Source of the DNA: Sneathiellaceae bacterium
Lineage (GTDB): Bacteria; Pseudomonadota; Alphaproteobacteria; Ferrovibrionales; Ferrovibrionaceae
Reading direction: 5' to 3'
NCBI GenBank assembly: GCA_040216765.1
Contig: JAVJON010000066.1
Coordinates: 20,661-84,660 of the forward strand
Length of the DNA stretch: 64,000 bases
Both the position numbers and the translations under genes were made by a program. Of this stretch, positions 29,799 through 38,104 are shown piece by piece. The notes beneath the pieces were generated by a model. That model searched no databases. It worked only from the letters and a program-made list of their open reading frames with translations, and was not told the DNA's origin. The first letter of the stretch is position 1, and each line of letters begins with the position of its first letter.

Positions 29799-30599
29799 TC
29801 ATTCCGGTGCCCGCGCTGCGGCGATCCTGGCCTGCAGCGTGGTCAAGTCGGTGGCACCGCGCAGGATCGCCTCGCCGATCACGAAACCGGGCGTGCCTGT
29901 GATTCTCAGTTTTCGGGCAAGCTCCATGTTGCGCTCGATCGACGCCGCAAGCTTCGGATCGCCCATATCCCGCTGCAGTCGATCGATATCGATGCCAAGG
30001 CTTTCAGCAAGAGCGAGCGCGGTGTCGCGGTCGATCCCACCGGTTTCCGCCATCATCGCCTTGTGGAAATCCACGTAGCGGCCCTGGCGCCGGGCGGCCA
30101 GTGCGGCCTTGGCGGCAAACTCGGAATCGGCGCCGAGGATCGGCAACTCCTTGTAAACGATGCGCAGGTTCGGATCTGCCGCCTCCGCCTCGATCATCAC
30201 CGGAGCGACCCGGCGACAGTATGGGCAGTTGTAGTCGAAGAACTCGACCAGTGTGACATCGCCATCCGGATTGCCGCCGACCGGATCGTCCGTTGCTTGC
30301 AGCAGCGCCTCGCCTTCCGCCGCAAGAGCCTGCCTGGCCGCGCGCTCCTGCTCGGCAAGCTGCCGTTGCTCCAGGCCTCTCATCGCTTCCACGATCACCT
30401 CTGGATGCTCCAGGAGATAGGCCCGAACCCGAGCGCCGAAATCGGTCTCGCCAATCGCCACCGCCCCCTCGCCCGCCGGCGTCTCCTGACGAAAGCCCGG
30501 ATCCAGGAGCAGCCAGGCGCCAATGCCGGCAACCGCGATCAGAAGCACTGCAAGCGCACCAACCAGACCGGACCGCCGGCTTCTATGTTCAACCTTCAT
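29799..30599 (-). CDS. membrane-anchored DsbA-family thioredoxin-fold protein, CPYC active site (ScsC-like)
   Basis: N-terminal anchor, a helical linker and a DsbA fold with FFDYNCPYCRR. Confidence 0.85.
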   Translation of the reverse strand: MKVEHRSRRSGLVGALAVLLIAVAGIGAWLLLDPGFRQETPAGEGAVAIGETDFGARVRAYLLEHPEVIVEAMRGLEQRQLAEQERAARQALAAEGEALLQATDDPVGGNPDGDVTLVEFFDYNCPYCRRVAPVMIEAEAADPNLRIVYKELPILGADSEFAAKAALAARRQGRYVDFHKAMMAETGGIDRDTALALAESLGIDIDRLQRDMGDPKLAASIERNMELARKLRITGTPGFVIGEAILRGATDLTTLQARIAAARAPE

Positions 30600-30671
30600 T
30601 TCCCTGCTCCGAATGGTTGATCGAATAACATGCAGCTACCGGCCGGCTTTCCAGATAACCCAGGTACATTT

Positions 30672-31466
30672 TCATGTATTTTCATCCCAGAGGAATTCAG
30701 TAATACGGTTCCACCAGCCCGGATTCTGGTTCTGCGATTGGCTGTGGGCATTATTCGCGACACCGTTCAGGTAAAGGACAAGATTGAGCGATTTGAATTC
30801 CACACCATGGAAATTCGCCGCCCAGGTCCCATCGGGACCGATCACATGGGTGACGGCGCCATGAATCTGCTGGCCGTCCGGTGTCGGGCTGAAACTGTGG
30901 CCAAAGGCTTCGGCGAGCTTCCGCGTCCTGCCTTCCAACGCCGGGTCGGTCGTGGCCAGGAAGCGCCAGTTCGCCGGATCCAATCCATGCGCGGGACCGA
31001 AAGCCTCGCGGACCTCCGCCGTGTCGTTGGACGGATCGGTCGAAACGCTCAGGAACTGCACGAGCTCCCGCATGGGGGTGTCATTCACCAGGGCCTGTAC
31101 TTCAGCGATCTTATCGGCATGCAAAGGACAGATGTCCGGGCAGGATGCATAAATGAAGTGTAAAACAATGAGTTTACCAGTATAGTCTGAAAGTCTTGCG
31201 AGTTTCCCTTGTGCGTCAGTAAGCTCGAAGCTCGGTGCCGGACGGCCGATGACCTGGAAATAAGGTTCCTTGTCCGCCATGACTTTGTCCAGATCGCCGC
31301 CGGGATGATTTGCAGCGACCGGCGTGACGGCGAGGAGAACTGGAACAAGGAAGAGACTTGCCGACAATAGGCGTGTGAATCCACGCGTTCCGGCCTGTTG
31401 CCGCCGACGCGATGGCAACCCGTTGACGATCATCATTGCCATGCCGTCACGCCTCCGGTTTTTCAT
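30672..31466 (-). CDS. SCO1/SenC-family copper chaperone / thiol-disulfide protein
   Basis: CxxxC motif (FIYASCPDICPLH), a downstream conserved His and a thioredoxin-like fold. Alternative start at 31442 (MAMMIV...) would remove the 20-nt overlap with the upstream gene. Confidence 0.85.
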   Translation of the reverse strand: MKNRRRDGMAMMIVNGLPSRRRQQAGTRGFTRLLSASLFLVPVLLAVTPVAANHPGGDLDKVMADKEPYFQVIGRPAPSFELTDAQGKLARLSDYTGKLIVLHFIYASCPDICPLHADKIAEVQALVNDTPMRELVQFLSVSTDPSNDTAEVREAFGPAHGLDPANWRFLATTDPALEGRTRKLAEAFGHSFSPTPDGQQIHGAVTHVIGPDGTWAANFHGVEFKSLNLVLYLNGVANNAHSQSQNQNPGWWNRITEFLWDENT

Positions 31467-31713
31467 CGTCCGGCGTCGATCTCGATCCGTGCAGGCCCTT
31501 GCACATGCACAGCCCGGCTCCGCACATTGCCAGGCAGGGCAGAACGCTGAGCAGGATCGGTGCGACCCCGATTGCGGACAGCCAGCCCCAGTTCAGCGCC
31601 ACCCCAACGCCGGCGGCGGCGAAACCGGACAGAAGCCATACCCGTCTGTCCCGCAGCCACAACCATCGAATCCGCCCGTAGGTCAAGTCGCTTGAAAGCA
31701 TAGGGTTGGTCAT
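31447..31713 (-). CDS. small 2-TM Cys-rich inner-membrane protein
   Basis: 88 aa with two hydrophobic helices and the cluster LPCLAMCGAGLCMCKG. Sits tightly between tlpA-like and SCO genes. No family recognised. Confidence 0.5.
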   Translation of the reverse strand: MTNPMLSSDLTYGRIRWLWLRDRRVWLLSGFAAAGVGVALNWGWLSAIGVAPILLSVLPCLAMCGAGLCMCKGLHGSRSTPDDEKPEA

Positions 31714-31716
31714 CCT

Positions 31717-32250
31717 CTAGTCCTCTTTGTCGCTCGACGTGACTATTCGCTCGAAGAAGGAAATCATCTCGGCCGTATCCCACTCGGCAGGCCCCACCAG
31801 GCGCGCAAGTTCGCGGCCTTGTCTGTCGATGAGCAGGGTGGCGGGCAGGCCAGGGATTCCCAGCGACCGCGCGGCCGTACCGCGCCTGTCGACGAGGATC
31901 TTCAGATGCTCGATGCCGGTATCGTCGTAGAACCGGCGGACGACGTCCGGGCCCGCCCGATCGATCGAGAGCGCCAGAACCTCGAATGCAGGGCCGCCGA
32001 GGCGCGCCTGCAGCCGATCCAGGGTCGGCATCTCCCTTCGGCAGGGGCCGCACCAGGTGGCCCAGACATTGAGCAGAATGACCTTGCCGCGCCAGGCAGA
32101 GAGATCGTGCCGCTTGCCCGCTTCGTCCTCGAAGGACATCTGCGGCACGTCCCGCGGCTCTGGATGCAGCTGCATGCCGACGGGGTCGGCAGCCCGGGCC
32201 TGAGGCACGACAAGCAGCATCGCGACCATGCCGACAATGAGGAACCGCAT
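31717..32250 (-). CDS. TlpA-family periplasmic thiol-disulfide oxidoreductase (ScsD-like)
   Basis: Signal peptide and NVWATWCGPCRREMP active site. Confidence 0.85.
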   Translation of the reverse strand: MRFLIVGMVAMLLVVPQARAADPVGMQLHPEPRDVPQMSFEDEAGKRHDLSAWRGKVILLNVWATWCGPCRREMPTLDRLQARLGGPAFEVLALSIDRAGPDVVRRFYDDTGIEHLKILVDRRGTAARSLGIPGLPATLLIDRQGRELARLVGPAEWDTAEMISFFERIVTSSDKED

Positions 32251-32254
32251 GGGT

Positions 32255-32854
32255 CTACTCCTTCGGCTCCGCGCGCAGGCGGGACAACAGGGGAAAGATC
32301 TGCTTGAAGACGAGGTCCTGCGTCAGCGGGCCGGCATGCCTGTAGGCAATCCTGCCGTCAGGGGCGACGATGTAGGTTTCCGGCACCCCATAAACTCCCC
32401 AGTCGATGGCGACCCGGCCATCGAGATCCGCCCCGGTGCGGGCATAGGGATCGCCGAGCCGGTCCAGGAAGGCAGCGGCTTCGGCGGGCTTGTCCTTGTA
32501 GTTGAGACCGAAGACGGGAACCGTGCCGCCGTTTGCCAGCCGCATCAGGATTGGGTGCTCGGCCCGACAGGGTATGCACCAGGAGGCGAATACATTGACC
32601 AGGGAAACCTGACCCTCCAGATGCGCACTGGACAGGCCCAGAGCCCTGCCTTGAACCGGCGGCAGGGAAAACTCCGGGACCGGCTCGCCGATCCGGGCGG
32701 ACGGCAGGGCCCTGGGATCGCGGTCGAGGCCCCAGGCCAGCGCGGCGGCAACAAGGGCGAAAACCGCGGCCGGGAGCAGGAAGCGCAATGCCATCCGGTC
32801 CCGCCGCTGTCGCGCGACGGTGCCGACCGCGTCAGCCATCCCGTCCTCCGGCAC
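32255..32854 (-). CDS. DsbE/CcmG-family thiol-disulfide oxidoreductase
   Basis: Membrane anchor, NVFASWCIPCRAEHP active site and the GVYGVPETY motif. The true start may be an internal ATG (32839 or 32794). Confidence 0.85.
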   Translation of the reverse strand: MPEDGMADAVGTVARQRRDRMALRFLLPAAVFALVAAALAWGLDRDPRALPSARIGEPVPEFSLPPVQGRALGLSSAHLEGQVSLVNVFASWCIPCRAEHPILMRLANGGTVPVFGLNYKDKPAEAAAFLDRLGDPYARTGADLDGRVAIDWGVYGVPETYIVAPDGRIAYRHAGPLTQDLVFKQIFPLLSRLRAEPKE

Positions 32855-32996
32855 CCGAACGGGCGAAGAGGTACTTGATCAGCGCCGCTGCGGCGAGAAT
32901 CAGGACCAGGACGACAAGCAGTCCGACAAGCCCCATTCCCCAACCCATCATCCCGCCCATCATGCAGTTCGTTCCATCCATCATGTCTTGCTCCAT
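32832..32996 (-). CDS. tiny Met-rich single-TM protein
   Basis: 54 aa: MEQDMMDGTNCMMGGMMGWGMGLVGLLVVLVLILAAAALIKYLF... Located in the copG/dsbE gap on the operon strand. Coding status is uncertain. Confidence 0.4.
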   Translation of the reverse strand: MEQDMMDGTNCMMGGMMGWGMGLVGLLVVLVLILAAAALIKYLFARSGAGGRDG

Positions 32997-33052
32997 CGGG
33001 CCGGTGGCGGCAGGGCGCCGCAGCCCGTTCAGTTGCTTCCGGGGACGCCCCG

Positions 33053-33493
33053 CTACTCCGTGGCATAGACCCGAGGCGTTTCGGCACCGATCTCGTAGAT
33101 CGTGAACGGTTCCGACTTCCTGCCGCCCATGCCGGGCGAGCCCGACGGCATGCCGGGCAAGGTCACGCCCTTGATGTCCGGCCTCTCGTCGAGGAGGCGG
33201 CGCACCGCCGCGATCGGGACATGACCGCTGACCGCATAGCCGTCGACGAACGCCAGGTGGCAGCCCTGGAAATCGTCGGGGATTCCCGCCTTCCGGCTCA
33301 TCACGACCAGATCGTGGGTTGGCTTGACGTCGACGGCGAAGCCGTTCTCCCGCAGGTAGTCGGCATAGTTCTCGCAGCAATCGCATTGCGGGTTCTTGTA
33401 GAGCGTGGCGCTTTCCTTCGGCTCGGCAGCGAGGAGCGGCGCCGAAATGGCAATACCGAGCCCGAAGGCGGCGATGGTCAGGAGCTTTCTCAT
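33053..33493 (-). CDS. copG: CopG-like DUF411 periplasmic copper-binding protein
   Basis: Signal peptide, CDCC motif (NPQCDCCENYADYL) and the conserved C-terminus GVTLPGMPSGSPGMGG. Start at the ATG at 33493. Confidence 0.85.
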   Translation of the reverse strand: MRKLLTIAAFGLGIAISAPLLAAEPKESATLYKNPQCDCCENYADYLRENGFAVDVKPTHDLVVMSRKAGIPDDFQGCHLAFVDGYAVSGHVPIAAVRRLLDERPDIKGVTLPGMPSGSPGMGGRKSEPFTIYEIGAETPRVYATE

Positions 33494-33519
33494 GAAATCA
33501 GTCCTTGTTGAGGGAAAGG

Positions 33520-34953
33520 TCAGGCGACGCGGATGACGCCCATCATCCCGGCCGCCTGGTGCTCGAGGATGTGGCAATGGAACATCCAGTCGCCCGGATT
33601 GTCGGCGACGAAGGCAATCTCGACCCGCTCCCGCGGGGCCATCAGGACGGTGTCCTGCCATTCGCGCCGGGCCGTCGGGGTGCCGTTTCGCGAGATCACC
33701 CGGAACGAATGGCCGTGCAGGTGGATCGGGTGAGGCCAGGCGGTCGCGTTCGTCATCGCGATCACATGCGATCCGTCGCGCCGCAATGTCAGGAACGGCT
33801 CCAGCACATGGCCATCGGCGGCCACACCGTTGACGAACCACATGCCGCCTGAGCGCATCATGTTCATCATCGAGCCCATCTGGCCGCCCATCTCCTGCAT
33901 GACCATCTGGCCCATCATCCCGCCGTTGAAGGTCACAGCGTGCCGTTCGGCATTGCCCAGGTCCGGTTCGGGCAGAGGATTGGGCGCCAGGGCGACCGCG
34001 CCTTCCGCCCGCGCCTCCCTGACCGGCTTGCCGTCATAGACGAACGCGGTCAGACGGTAGGCAAGACGCGGATAGAAGCGGTCGACAAGGTCGATCCGGT
34101 CGCCGGCGGTCCCGGTCATGTCGATGATCAGATCGGCCCGCATTGCCGGGCCGAGGACGACCAGGCCGTCCTGCGGTTCGTGCGAGGTGACCGGCTGCCC
34201 ATCCAGCGCGATGACCTGCGGCCGTAGCGCTGCGAAATCGAGACCGAAGATCCGCGCGTTGGCGGCATTGATCAGGCGCAGACGGATGCGCTCGCCCGGC
34301 CGTACCGACAATGGTTCCGGCATGCTGCCGTTGATGGTCAGGACGTTCCCGAACCTGCCGCCATGGCTCATGTCGTGACGGTTGCCGAAATCGTCACTGA
34401 TCTCGGCCGCCTCTGTCAGACGCCAGTCGTCGAGGATCCAGGTGATCTCGCGATCGACCTGCGGCGGCTGCGGTTCCTCGACGATGAGCGGACCATAAAG
34501 GCCGCGCCCAACCTGCTCGAAACTGCGCTGATGCGGGTGGTACCAGAACGTCCCGGCATCGACCGCGTCGAACTCATAGACGAAGCCCTCGCCCGGCCCG
34601 ATCGGCCGCTGCGTGAGATGCGGCACCCCGTCCATCGCGTTCGGGATCCGAAGGCCGTGCCAATGCACCGTAGTGTCTTCGGCAAGCCCGTTCTCGACAT
34701 GGATGCGGAGGCGCTGGCCCTGCCGGACCCTGATTTCCGGGCCGGGCAGACGATCGTTGAAACACCAGACTGCCGTCTTGCCGTAGGGCTGCGCAACCAG
34801 CTGGGCGGAGCCTTTCCCGGCACGCAACCGGACCTCCTGTACTGGCGCCGCCCCGGCCTGCGCGAGGCCTGGCAATGGCAGTAGAAGACCGGTAACTGCT
34901 GCTGCAGAGGACGCGAGGAACGAACGCCGCGTCGGCGTGATCGGACCGGACAT
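33520..34953 (-). CDS. Tat-exported three-domain multicopper oxidase
   Basis: Twin-arginine signal (TPTRRSFLASSAAAV) and Cu-ligand motifs HWHG, WYHPH, HPIHLHGH, HCHILEHQAAGMM. Confidence 0.9.
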   Translation of the reverse strand: MSGPITPTRRSFLASSAAAVTGLLLPLPGLAQAGAAPVQEVRLRAGKGSAQLVAQPYGKTAVWCFNDRLPGPEIRVRQGQRLRIHVENGLAEDTTVHWHGLRIPNAMDGVPHLTQRPIGPGEGFVYEFDAVDAGTFWYHPHQRSFEQVGRGLYGPLIVEEPQPPQVDREITWILDDWRLTEAAEISDDFGNRHDMSHGGRFGNVLTINGSMPEPLSVRPGERIRLRLINAANARIFGLDFAALRPQVIALDGQPVTSHEPQDGLVVLGPAMRADLIIDMTGTAGDRIDLVDRFYPRLAYRLTAFVYDGKPVREARAEGAVALAPNPLPEPDLGNAERHAVTFNGGMMGQMVMQEMGGQMGSMMNMMRSGGMWFVNGVAADGHVLEPFLTLRRDGSHVIAMTNATAWPHPIHLHGHSFRVISRNGTPTARREWQDTVLMAPRERVEIAFVADNPGDWMFHCHILEHQAAGMMGVIRVA

Positions 34954-35093
34954 GAGAGACTCTTCCTGGAAGCCGTGGTCCGCAGTCGCCCGGCGCTGCC
35001 CTGGGCATGCCTAGGGAGGCAACTGCACATGCCGCCGAGATCGATGCCTTCTCGGGGCCGAATGGAACACCGCCACCCGAATGGATCGCGGCG

Positions 35094-35432
35094 TCAGCTC
35101 AGGAAGGAAGGTCTCGGTGGATGCGGTTCGGGCGCCGTGGGAGCGCCGGTCAGCCAAAGGAAGCGGGCAGCGAAATGCCGCATCGGGGCTTGGGCAAAGG
35201 GCGTGGCCATATCGGCCATCACGCCCTGCGCCGGGACCGTGCAACTGAAGTCGCAGGCAAGCCTGTCGCCGTCTTCCCCGCTCGCGCAAGCGTCGCAACC
35301 GCTCATCGAAACGGCATCGGCGGGGGCACAATTGTCTCCGGAGCCGCTCGCCATCGTCGTGGCTTCGGCGGATGCCGTCACCAGGAACAGGGCGACTACG
35401 ACACTGGCGACTATGCTAAGAACGCGCTTCAT
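35094..35432 (-). CDS. small exported C-x3-C / Pro-tail protein (DUF2946-like, tentative), first gene of the MCO-copG-redox operon
   Basis: 112 aa: signal peptide MKRVLSIVASVVVALFLVTASA, an Asp/Cys-rich middle (SGCDACASGEDGDRLACDFSCTVPAQG) and the tail FLWLTGAPTAPEPHPPRPSFLS. Confidence 0.6.
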   Translation of the reverse strand: MKRVLSIVASVVVALFLVTASAEATTMASGSGDNCAPADAVSMSGCDACASGEDGDRLACDFSCTVPAQGVMADMATPFAQAPMRHFAARFLWLTGAPTAPEPHPPRPSFLS

Positions 35433-35681
35433 GGCGAAGTCAGACTAGTCTTGCGGCGGGGCCGCGTCGATTGCCATTCTGCCGCAGTGCACTTGATTGT
35501 GAAGGTGACGAGACCCCCGATGCGGACGCAGCATCGTTGAGTGCGCCGCACCGAAAGATGCCGCGCTCGTGGGACCTCGGATCGCGGATGAACCACCGGC
35601 CGGACCTGGCGCCACGAACCGCCGCAACCGGCCCCTTGCTCCGGCGCAGTTCATCGGCTAATAGAGGCGCCCGCGTGGCGA

Positions 35682-35758
35682 CGGAGTGTAGCTCAGCCTG
35701 GTAGAGCACTGTCTTCGGGAGGCAGGGGCCGGTGGTTCGAATCCACTCACTCCGACCA
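35682..35758 (+). tRNA. tRNA-Pro (anticodon CGG)
   Basis: Manual cloverleaf. Acceptor CGGAGTG/CACTCCG. D-arm GCTCAGCCTGGTAGAGC. Anticodon stem CTGTC/GGCAG with loop TTCGGGA (CGG). T-arm GGTGG-TTCGAAT-CCACT. Discriminator A and encoded CCA. Confidence 0.9.
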
Positions 35759-35842
35759 GCGCGCCCGGAACGCCGGCCCGGCAGGACCGGCGGCGCATCC
35801 GGGCCCTGGTCGGGGCCACCCTCGCCGCGCTAGGCTGATGTC

Positions 35843-36376
35843 ATGACGATTTCCCCGGAATATCTGGAACAGCAGAAAGCGCTGCACCAGAACCCGAACT
35901 ACGGCGTTGCCTCGCTGCAATATGCCGACCTGGTGATTGCCGTCGCCGACCAGGTGAAGGCGAAGAGCATCGCCGACTATGGCGCGGGCAAGTGCAACCT
36001 CCGCAGGAAGATGCAGGAACTGGGGCGCGGGGAATTCGCCTACCACCCCTATGACCCGGTGTTTCCCGAATACGGGACACCGACGCCGGCCGACCTGGTC
36101 TGCTGCATCGACGTGCTGGAGCACATCGAACTGGATTACCTGGACGCGGTGCTGGCGGACCTGCAGCGGATCACCGTGAAGGTCGGCGTCTTCACCATCC
36201 ATACCGGCCCGGCGGTCAAGCACCTGCCCGACGGGCGCAACGCCCACCTGATCCAGCAGCCGCCGTCCTGGTGGCTGCCGCGGCTTTGCCGGCATTTCGA
36301 GATCGTGCACCTGCAGCGCACGCCGGGCGGCTTCTGGATCCTTGTGGAACCGCTGGCCGCCAGCGGCACCGCCTGA
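35843..36376 (+). CDS. class I SAM-dependent methyltransferase
   Basis: 177 aa with a SAM-binding loop (IADYGAGKC) and a Methyltransf_11/23-like core (VCCIDVLEHIE). Confidence 0.7.
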   Translation: MTISPEYLEQQKALHQNPNYGVASLQYADLVIAVADQVKAKSIADYGAGKCNLRRKMQELGRGEFAYHPYDPVFPEYGTPTPADLVCCIDVLEHIELDYLDAVLADLQRITVKVGVFTIHTGPAVKHLPDGRNAHLIQQPPSWWLPRLCRHFEIVHLQRTPGGFWILVEPLAASGTA

Positions 36377-36410
36377 CGGCCGCCCCCCTCCCGCGCTTCA
36401 GCGAGGTCAC

Positions 36411-37307
36411 ATGGCGATCACCTTCCACCGCGAGATGAACTTCCGCTATGGCGAGGCGGACCGGATGTCGCCGCTGGTGCGCCGTGTCATCGCCGAGAAT
36501 CCATCGGCCTTCACCTTCCATGGCACCGGCACCTATATCGTCGGCGACCCGCAGGGGAAGATGGCGGTGATCGACCCGGGCCCCGCCCTGCCCGCCCATC
36601 TGGAGGCGCTGCTGGCGGCGACTTCCGGCGGCCAGGTCAGCCATATCCTGATCACCCATACCCATGAGGACCATTCGCCGCTGGCGGTGGACCTGGCGGC
36701 CGCCACCGGCGCGCCGATCTACGGCTTCGGCCCGCATCCCACGCCGCCGAAGGGCGCGCGGTCGGAGGAAGCGGGCGACATGGTGTTCCGGCCCGATGTG
36801 CGGATCGGCGATGGCGGGATGATCCGCGGCGAGGGCTGGACCTTCGAGGCGATCCACACGCCGGGCCATATCTCCAACCATCTCTGCTTCGCCCTGCAGG
36901 AGGAGAAGGCGCTGTTCCCCGGCGACCATGTGATGGGCTGGTCGACCTCCGTCGTCTCGCCGCCCGACGGCAGCATGGCCGACTATTTCGCCAGCCTGCG
37001 CAAGCTGCTGCCACGCGACGAGTCCGTCTACTATCCCACCCACGGCCCGCAGATCCCCGACCCGCTGGACCATGTGCAGGCGTTCATCGCCCATCGCGAG
37101 GCCCGCGAGGAGCAGATCCTGGCCTGCGTCGCCGACGGCCAGGCCACGATCCCGGAGATGGTGGCCCGGATGTACAAGGATGTGCCGGCCCACCTGCACC
37201 CGGCGGCGGCACGCTCGGTCCTTGCCCACCTGATCCACATGACCGGCGACGGCCGGCTGGCGGCCGACCCGGAACCCGGCGAGGCGGCCCGCTACAGCCT
37301 GCCATAG
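36411..37307 (+). CDS. MBL-fold metallo-hydrolase
   Basis: HxHxDH motif (ILITHTHEDHSP) plus downstream His/Asp ligands. Start at the ATG at 36411 (MAITFHRE...). Confidence 0.85.
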   Translation: MAITFHREMNFRYGEADRMSPLVRRVIAENPSAFTFHGTGTYIVGDPQGKMAVIDPGPALPAHLEALLAATSGGQVSHILITHTHEDHSPLAVDLAAATGAPIYGFGPHPTPPKGARSEEAGDMVFRPDVRIGDGGMIRGEGWTFEAIHTPGHISNHLCFALQEEKALFPGDHVMGWSTSVVSPPDGSMADYFASLRKLLPRDESVYYPTHGPQIPDPLDHVQAFIAHREAREEQILACVADGQATIPEMVARMYKDVPAHLHPAAARSVLAHLIHMTGDGRLAADPEPGEAARYSLP

Positions 37308-37386
37308 CGGGGTCCGCGTCCGCACCGGCTCCATCCCGCCAGGAGCCGACCCGCCGCGGCGACTTTCACGCCGATGCTCAGGGTAG

Positions 37387-37418
37387 TTGACTCCGTACTA
37401 TGGTACGGCCTCTAGCAT
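37387..37418 (+). promoter_or_regulatory. mer-type promoter/operator: -35 TTGACT, 19-20 bp spacer holding the dyad CCGTAC-N4-GTACGG, -10-like TAGCAT
   Basis: TTGACTCCGTACTATGGTACGGCCTCTAGCAT read directly. The Tn501/Tn21 merOP, as I recall it, is TTGACTCCGTACATGAGTACGGAAGTAAGGT. GGAGG lies at 37424-37428 and the ATG at 37436. Confidence 0.65.
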
Positions 37419-37435
37419 GCCCTGGAGGCCATGAC

Positions 37436-38104
37436 ATGAAACGCACAACCATCGGTCGCGCAGCAGCATTGACCCGGGTCAATGTAGAGACCATCCGCTT
37501 CTATGAACGACGCGGCCTGATCGCGCAGCCGCCGCGCCCCACCGATGGCGGGTCGCGGGACTATGGCCGGGAGGTCATCGACCGGATCCTGTTCATCCGC
37601 CAGGCACAGGATATCGGTTTCTCGCTGCGCGAGGTTGCGGACCTGCTGGCGCTGCGCAACGAACCCGGCGCCGATTGCGCGGAGATCCGCGTGCGCACCC
37701 AGGCCAAACGCGACGAGGTCCAGGCCAAACTCGGGCATCTGACGCGGTTGCGCGATGCGCTGGACCTGTTGATCGCCAACTGCCCGGGCAAAGGTGCGCT
37801 CGACGCCTGCACAATCCTGGAAGCCATGGCACACCGGTCTGGAACCTCCGCGAAACATCGGGAACAGAGCATGGAAACCACGACCCTGAAGATCGAGGGC
37901 ATGCATTGCCATGCCTGCGCCCGGACGGTCCAGGCGGTGCTGCAGCGGGCGACAGGTGTGCTTCGGGCGGAGGCGTCGTTCGACAAGCGACAAGCCCGGA
38001 TCCTGCACGATCCGCAGAAAGCCGGCGCGGCGGAGCTGGCGGCCCTGATCGAGAACTGCGGCTACGCGGTCGAGATTCTTCCACCCCAGGCCAATGCACC
38101 GTGA
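37436..38104 (+). CDS. merR: MerR-family metalloregulator (Hg-type Cys triad) fused to a C-terminal HMA (MerP/CopZ-like) domain
   Basis: [18 protein letters not shown] (MerR has [15 protein letters not shown]). Cys81, Cys116 and Cys125 have the same spacing as MerR Cys82/117/126. From aa 146 the sequence [18 protein letters not shown]... is an HMA fold. Confidence 0.85.
   Translation: MKRTTIGRAAALTRVNVETIRFYERRGLIAQPPRPTDGGSRDYGREVIDRILFIRQAQDIGFSLREVADLLALRNEPGADCAEIRVRTQAKRDEVQAKLGHLTRLRDALDLLIANCPGKGALDACTILEAMAHRSGTSAKHREQSMETTTLKIEGMHCHACARTVQAVLQRATGVLRAEASFDKRQARILHDPQKAGAAELAALIENCGYAVEILPPQANAP

Noticed and set aside
35759-35842. Search for a direct repeat of the tRNA-Pro 3' end (att-like) and an integrase flanking either metal module.
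   Set aside because: By eye I found no second copy of GGTTCGAATCCACTCACTCCGACCA, or a long part of it, near 18.0, 37.3 or 42.5 kb. No tyrosine integrase is present. A computational repeat search would be needed to be sure.
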